This document shows, piece by piece, positions 60,192 through 64,000 of a stretch of 64,000 bases of DNA. Source of the DNA: Pirellulales bacterium (GTDB taxonomy: Bacteria > Planctomycetota > Planctomycetia > Pirellulales > PALSA-1355); the NCBI GenBank assembly GCA_963733035.1, contig CAVTBU010000006.1, forward strand, positions 512,001-576,000, in the 5' to 3' direction. The translations under genes were made by a program, and so were the position numbers. How positions within the stretch are numbered: the stretch's first letter is position 1; every line of letters begins with the position of its first letter. The notes below the pieces were generated by a model. The model worked only from the letters and a program-made list of their open reading frames with translations. It had not been told where the DNA came from and made no database searches.

Positions 60192-60940
60192 GCCTCGGTG
60201 GTCCTCTGGTTAGTCCAGTCGGCTTTGGTGCGTTCAAGATCGGACGCAACCAGAAGATCAAGTACGATCAAGCCTACGAGCTTCCCGATGAGGCCGAAGT
60301 GACACGCCTGCTGAATGGCCTGTTGGACGTTGGCATCAATTATTTCGACACGGCTCCTGCATACGGCTTGAGCGAGGAACGCCTCGGATCGGCCATTGGA
60401 CACCGACGATCGGAGTTCCGGTTGTCGACGAAAGTCGGGGAGACGTTCGAACGCGGTGAGTCCAGGTATGACTTTTCGCGTGTCGCTATCGAGTCGAGTG
60501 TTGTTCGTAGCTTGAAGCGTTTGCGTACTGACGTACTCGACGTCGTGTTTCTGCACTCGCCAGGAGACGACCTTGCCATCCTCAATCGTACAGACGCTGT
60601 TGCGACGCTCACGCGACTGCGCGAGTCGGGAGCCGTCAAAGCCATCGGACTTTCCGCAAAGTCTCCGGAGGGCGCTCACGCCGCTATCGATTGGGCAAAC
60701 GTCGTGATGGTGGAGTATCACCAGGGAGACCGCTCTCAAGAGGCTGCCATTGCCGCGGCGACAGCCGCCGGTGTCGGAGTCGTTGTGAAGAAGGGCCTCG
60801 CTGCTGGCAGCCTCCCCGCGAGCGACGCAATTCGCTTCGTGCTAGCCAATCCGGGCGTATCGAGCATGGTCATCGGCTCGCTTAGTCGAGCGCACATGGA
60901 AGACAACCTTCGCACCGCGTTCGACGTCCCCACTGGCTAG
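60173..60940 (+). CDS. Aldo/keto reductase
   Basis: FDTAPAYG, STKVG, SLKRLRTD..D...LH. Confidence 0.92.
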   Translation: MVQRRLGLGGPLVSPVGFGAFKIGRNQKIKYDQAYELPDEAEVTRLLNGLLDVGINYFDTAPAYGLSEERLGSAIGHRRSEFRLSTKVGETFERGESRYDFSRVAIESSVVRSLKRLRTDVLDVVFLHSPGDDLAILNRTDAVATLTRLRESGAVKAIGLSAKSPEGAHAAIDWANVVMVEYHQGDRSQEAAIAAATAAGVGVVVKKGLAAGSLPASDAIRFVLANPGVSSMVIGSLSRAHMEDNLRTAFDVPTG

Positions 60941-61594
60941 TCAGAATGGCGAGTCGGACGTCCACGCCATGCGTTGACCGCTCACGGGATGATCGATCGA
61001 CAATCGTACTGCATGCAACAACAGTCGCGACGACATCTTCAATGCTTCGGCATGCCCGTAAAGCGGATCGCCAAGAATCGGGTGGCCGACAGTCGCCAGA
61101 TGCAGCCGAATCTGATGGGAGCGGCCGGTGACCGGCCGGACTTCCAATCGGCTACGATCGTCCCCATGCTCACACAAACTCCAGCGGGTTTCGGCTGGGC
61201 GACCATCAATCAGATCGATCCTTTGCCTTGGTGGGCGATCGAAATCTTTGCGCATTGGTAGGTCAATCACGCCTTCGGCGCCGATCGGCATGCCATAGAC
61301 GATGGCGATATATTGTTTCTCGACCGTGCGCCGGGCGAACTGTCGACTCAGCTCACGCTGCACGTCGGGTGAAAGAGCCATAACCATCAGGCCCGATGTG
61401 TCACGATCGAGCCGATGCACTATGAGTGCCTGCGACAGCGCGGCTTGCACGCGGGCACTCAGGCAGTCCTGCAAATCGGGGCCGCGACCCGGTACGGCTA
61501 GCAGCCCGCTCGGCTTGTCGAGCACGATCAAATGTTCATCCTGGTAGATCGTTTGAAACGTCGACCGAGGCGGAACTTTGTGATGTTCATTCAC
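60941..61594 (-). CDS. RluA-family pseudouridine synthase
   Basis: DKPSGL, HRLDRDTSG, GRSHQIR, GDPLYG. Confidence 0.93.
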   Translation of the reverse strand: MNEHHKVPPRSTFQTIYQDEHLIVLDKPSGLLAVPGRGPDLQDCLSARVQAALSQALIVHRLDRDTSGLMVMALSPDVQRELSRQFARRTVEKQYIAIVYGMPIGAEGVIDLPMRKDFDRPPRQRIDLIDGRPAETRWSLCEHGDDRSRLEVRPVTGRSHQIRLHLATVGHPILGDPLYGHAEALKMSSRLLLHAVRLSIDHPVSGQRMAWTSDSPF

Positions 61595-61602
61595 TCAAGT
61601 CG

Positions 61603-64000
61603 TCACTCCGTCGGCAACGGCACCTGTTTTGAGCTGCGTAAATATGCCACCAGATCGCGGACGTCTTCCAACGGCAGCTTCGCCAGCAAGCCTTCGGGCA
61701 TCATGCTATTGGGAGTAGTGCGGCGTAGGTCGATTTCGTCCTTGGGTATCACGACCGCTTCAATGGCCGTCTGAAGTGTGACCCCAGTGTCGTCTTCGGC
61801 CTTGACGATGCCGCTGAGCACCCGGCCATCGGCGGTTTGGATGAGTTGCATGCGATATTCATTGGCCATCACAGCGCTGGGATCGAGTACGTTCGACAAC
61901 ACGTAGTCGAGGTTGTCTCGTTGTGCGCCCGTTAACTCGGGGCCAATGCGACCGCCGGCGTCAAATAAAGTATGGCAGGTCCCGCAGGTCTTTGCGAAAA
62001 CCGCTCGGCCGCGAGATCGATTGGCCGAAGCGAGCACGTCGTCGGTGAGCCGCCGTTTGTAGTCGGCAATCATCGCCAACCGGTCGGTTGCCGTAGGTCG
62101 CGCTGAGCCCCACTCGCTGACCAGCCACTCAGACACTCGGGCGTCATTCAGGCTCTGAAGTTGCTGAATGTGGAACGCGGATAGGTCCCGCTTGGAGATC
62201 GCGCCTTTCTCAACTGCATCGAGGAGTGTGTTGGCCCAGGCAGCACGCGACGCTAACACACTTACGGCCTCCTGCTTGGCCGGCGAGTCGAAGCTGGCGT
62301 AGGCAGTTAAAATCACCTCTGGCGTCGTGGCGTCGCTATAGCCGGCCAACCCACGCAAAGCGGCAACCCGAACCGATGGATCAACCACGAGTGGATGGAG
62401 GACCTCGGGCAGGGCAACGACCTTCGCCCGGGCCAGCGCGGCAATCGCCCGCGAGCGGTCGGCGTCGCTTTGTGTCGTATCGGTCGCGATCGAGCGCAGG
62501 TCGGCCACGGCATGCGGGTCGCCAAAGATCAGCGCCAGCAGCATTCCCTGTTCGCGGACCTGGGAATTCTTGTTGTTGACAAGTCGCGCGTACAGCGCCG
62601 ACCACCCTGCGGGTGCCGTCACGCGCCGCCGCGAACCGAGGGCTTCCCGGATGCCGGTCAAAATCGACTCCCGCAATCGGTCGTCGCCCGCTTGCATCGC
62701 AGCGACCAGTTCGGCCAGTTGTTCAGGTTCGGCATCGGCAGCAATCCGCCGGGCAATGTATTGCCGCAGGAGTGGCAACGGAGTGTCCGCCGCAAGTTGC
62801 AAGGCTCGCTTTGCGTCGCTTCCGGCCAGTGGCTCGACGCCGTACCAGAGCATCAGCGTCAGATTTGTGTCGTCGGCATCCTCGCCGTGTGTCGCCAGGG
62901 CCGTGGCGATTGGCCAGCGTTCGGACGGATTCAACCGCTGCAAGCCAGAGGCGAGCGCCATCCGCACCCAGGCCGAGGGATCGCTGGCGGCCAACTGCGA
63001 TAGTTTGTCGAGCACGCACGGCGCGGCCTTTCGGTCTTCGAGCTCCAGCTGTATTGCCCAACCGCGCACCACGTCGTAAGGACTCTCCATGACTCCGAGC
63101 AGCAGGCCCTCGTCGGTCGCTCCGATGGCGTGTAGGGTCCAGAGCGCTGCCAGCACGTCGACGTCGGCTTTCTCCTCGGCGAGCATAGTCAGCAAAGGCG
63201 CCGAGTCGATCTTCTTCCCAGCGGCGCGACGTTCTTGCAGAACCCGCCGGGCGTGCCTTACGAGCCATTGATTCTTGTGCGTTGTCAGATCGATCAACTC
63301 CGCGTCTGGCAACTTCGAAAGGTCGCCTCGCCATGGCTTCGTGTCACCGTAGGTGACCTTGTAGATGCGCCCGTTCGTGCGATCAACGACTTCGTAGTTG
63401 TGACACTCGCCGGTGTCGTTCCAATCGCTGACGTACACGCCGCCGTCGGGGCCATATTTCACCGCCAGGCCACGAAACCACGGGTCGCCGGCGTGCAACA
63501 CGTCATCGGCGTGGCGTGCCACGTAACCTGACGCATGCCGCTCCAGCACGTCACGGTTTAGTCGATTGCCATGCACGTTACACATGAAAATGTTGTTGCG
63601 GTATTCGTTAGGCCAGTTGTCACCAAGGTAGACCATGGCACCGACGTGGGCGTGTCCGCCACCGCTTGCATCATGCCGCTCTCCGCCACGGGCATCGGTC
63701 CAGTGGCCTCCGGCCCAATGGATGTGATCGGCCGCCGTACTCATCAGAGCGTAGGTATGCGGATTGAAATCCTGGCCAAACATCCGTTGAAAACGAGCCC
63801 CGGGAACGACGTGCCACAGGTGTTCGATCACGCAGTTGGTGATGAACGTCTGGCCGTAGGCGTCGAAATCGAGGCCCCACGGGTTGGTCGTGCCGGTGGC
63901 CACGACTTCGAACGTGCCCCGCGTGGGGTGTACCCGCCAGACGCCGCAGTTCATCGGCACGCGGTCGGTGTCCGGCGTGCCTGGCCGGCCAAGCTTGGAA
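61603..64000 (-). CDS. PVC-type heme-binding CxxCH protein (propeller + HEAT repeats + cytochrome c), 5' end outside window
   Basis: NPWGLDF, GPDGGVYVSDW, HEAT-like repeats, CGTCH, SMMPEG. Confidence 0.9.
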   Translation of the reverse strand, partial: SKLGRPGTPDTDRVPMNCGVWRVHPTRGTFEVVATGTTNPWGLDFDAYGQTFITNCVIEHLWHVVPGARFQRMFGQDFNPHTYALMSTAADHIHWAGGHWTDARGGERHDASGGGHAHVGAMVYLGDNWPNEYRNNIFMCNVHGNRLNRDVLERHASGYVARHADDVLHAGDPWFRGLAVKYGPDGGVYVSDWNDTGECHNYEVVDRTNGRIYKVTYGDTKPWRGDLSKLPDAELIDLTTHKNQWLVRHARRVLQERRAAGKKIDSAPLLTMLAEEKADVDVLAALWTLHAIGATDEGLLLGVMESPYDVVRGWAIQLELEDRKAAPCVLDKLSQLAASDPSAWVRMALASGLQRLNPSERWPIATALATHGEDADDTNLTLMLWYGVEPLAGSDAKRALQLAADTPLPLLRQYIARRIAADAEPEQLAELVAAMQAGDDRLRESILTGIREALGSRRRVTAPAGWSALYARLVNNKNSQVREQGMLLALIFGDPHAVADLRSIATDTTQSDADRSRAIAALARAKVVALPEVLHPLVVDPSVRVAALRGLAGYSDATTPEVILTAYASFDSPAKQEAVSVLASRAAWANTLLDAVEKGAISKRDLSAFHIQQLQSLNDARVSEWLVSEWGSARPTATDRLAMIADYKRRLTDDVLASANRSRGRAVFAKTCGTCHTLFDAGGRIGPELTGAQRDNLDYVLSNVLDPSAVMANEYRMQLIQTADGRVLSGIVKAEDDTGVTLQTAIEAVVIPKDEIDLRRTTPNSMMPEGLLAKLPLEDVRDLVAYLRSSKQVPLPTE

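Noticed and set aside
1..64000. CRISPR arrays, tRNA/rRNA, IS elements, integrases, prophage or defence genes
   Set aside because: None recognised by eye; no regularly spaced repeats, and intergenic gaps are short.

Overview
GC-rich, gene-dense chromosomal window from a planctomycete, probably Pirellulales-like. The evidence is several DUF1501 and PSD1/planctomycete cytochrome c genes, a planctomycete-type ECF sigma/Ser-Thr kinase pair and a PVC-type heme protein. Housekeeping genes: lysA, epmB-efp-epmA, csrA, thyX, murJ, purEK and an RluA-family gene. A 10-gene Wzm/Wzt glycan locus spans about 19.4-32.1 kb. I recognised no rRNA, tRNA, CRISPR array or mobile element. Five genes carry 1-2 nt indels, probably long-read assembly errors. 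Best leads: (1) five proteins of the glycan locus end in a ClpXP-degron-like Ala-Ala tail, found in only one other protein in the window; (2) an enolase-like protein with two altered active-site residues (QEF to QDF, SHRSGET to SARSGET) lies next to an MTR-kinase-like gene; (3) a Hanks kinase is fused to a urea/amide-binding domain; (4) the glycan locus includes a sulfotransferase-like protein and a GT-C protein. All family assignments come from motif recognition by eye, not database searches.
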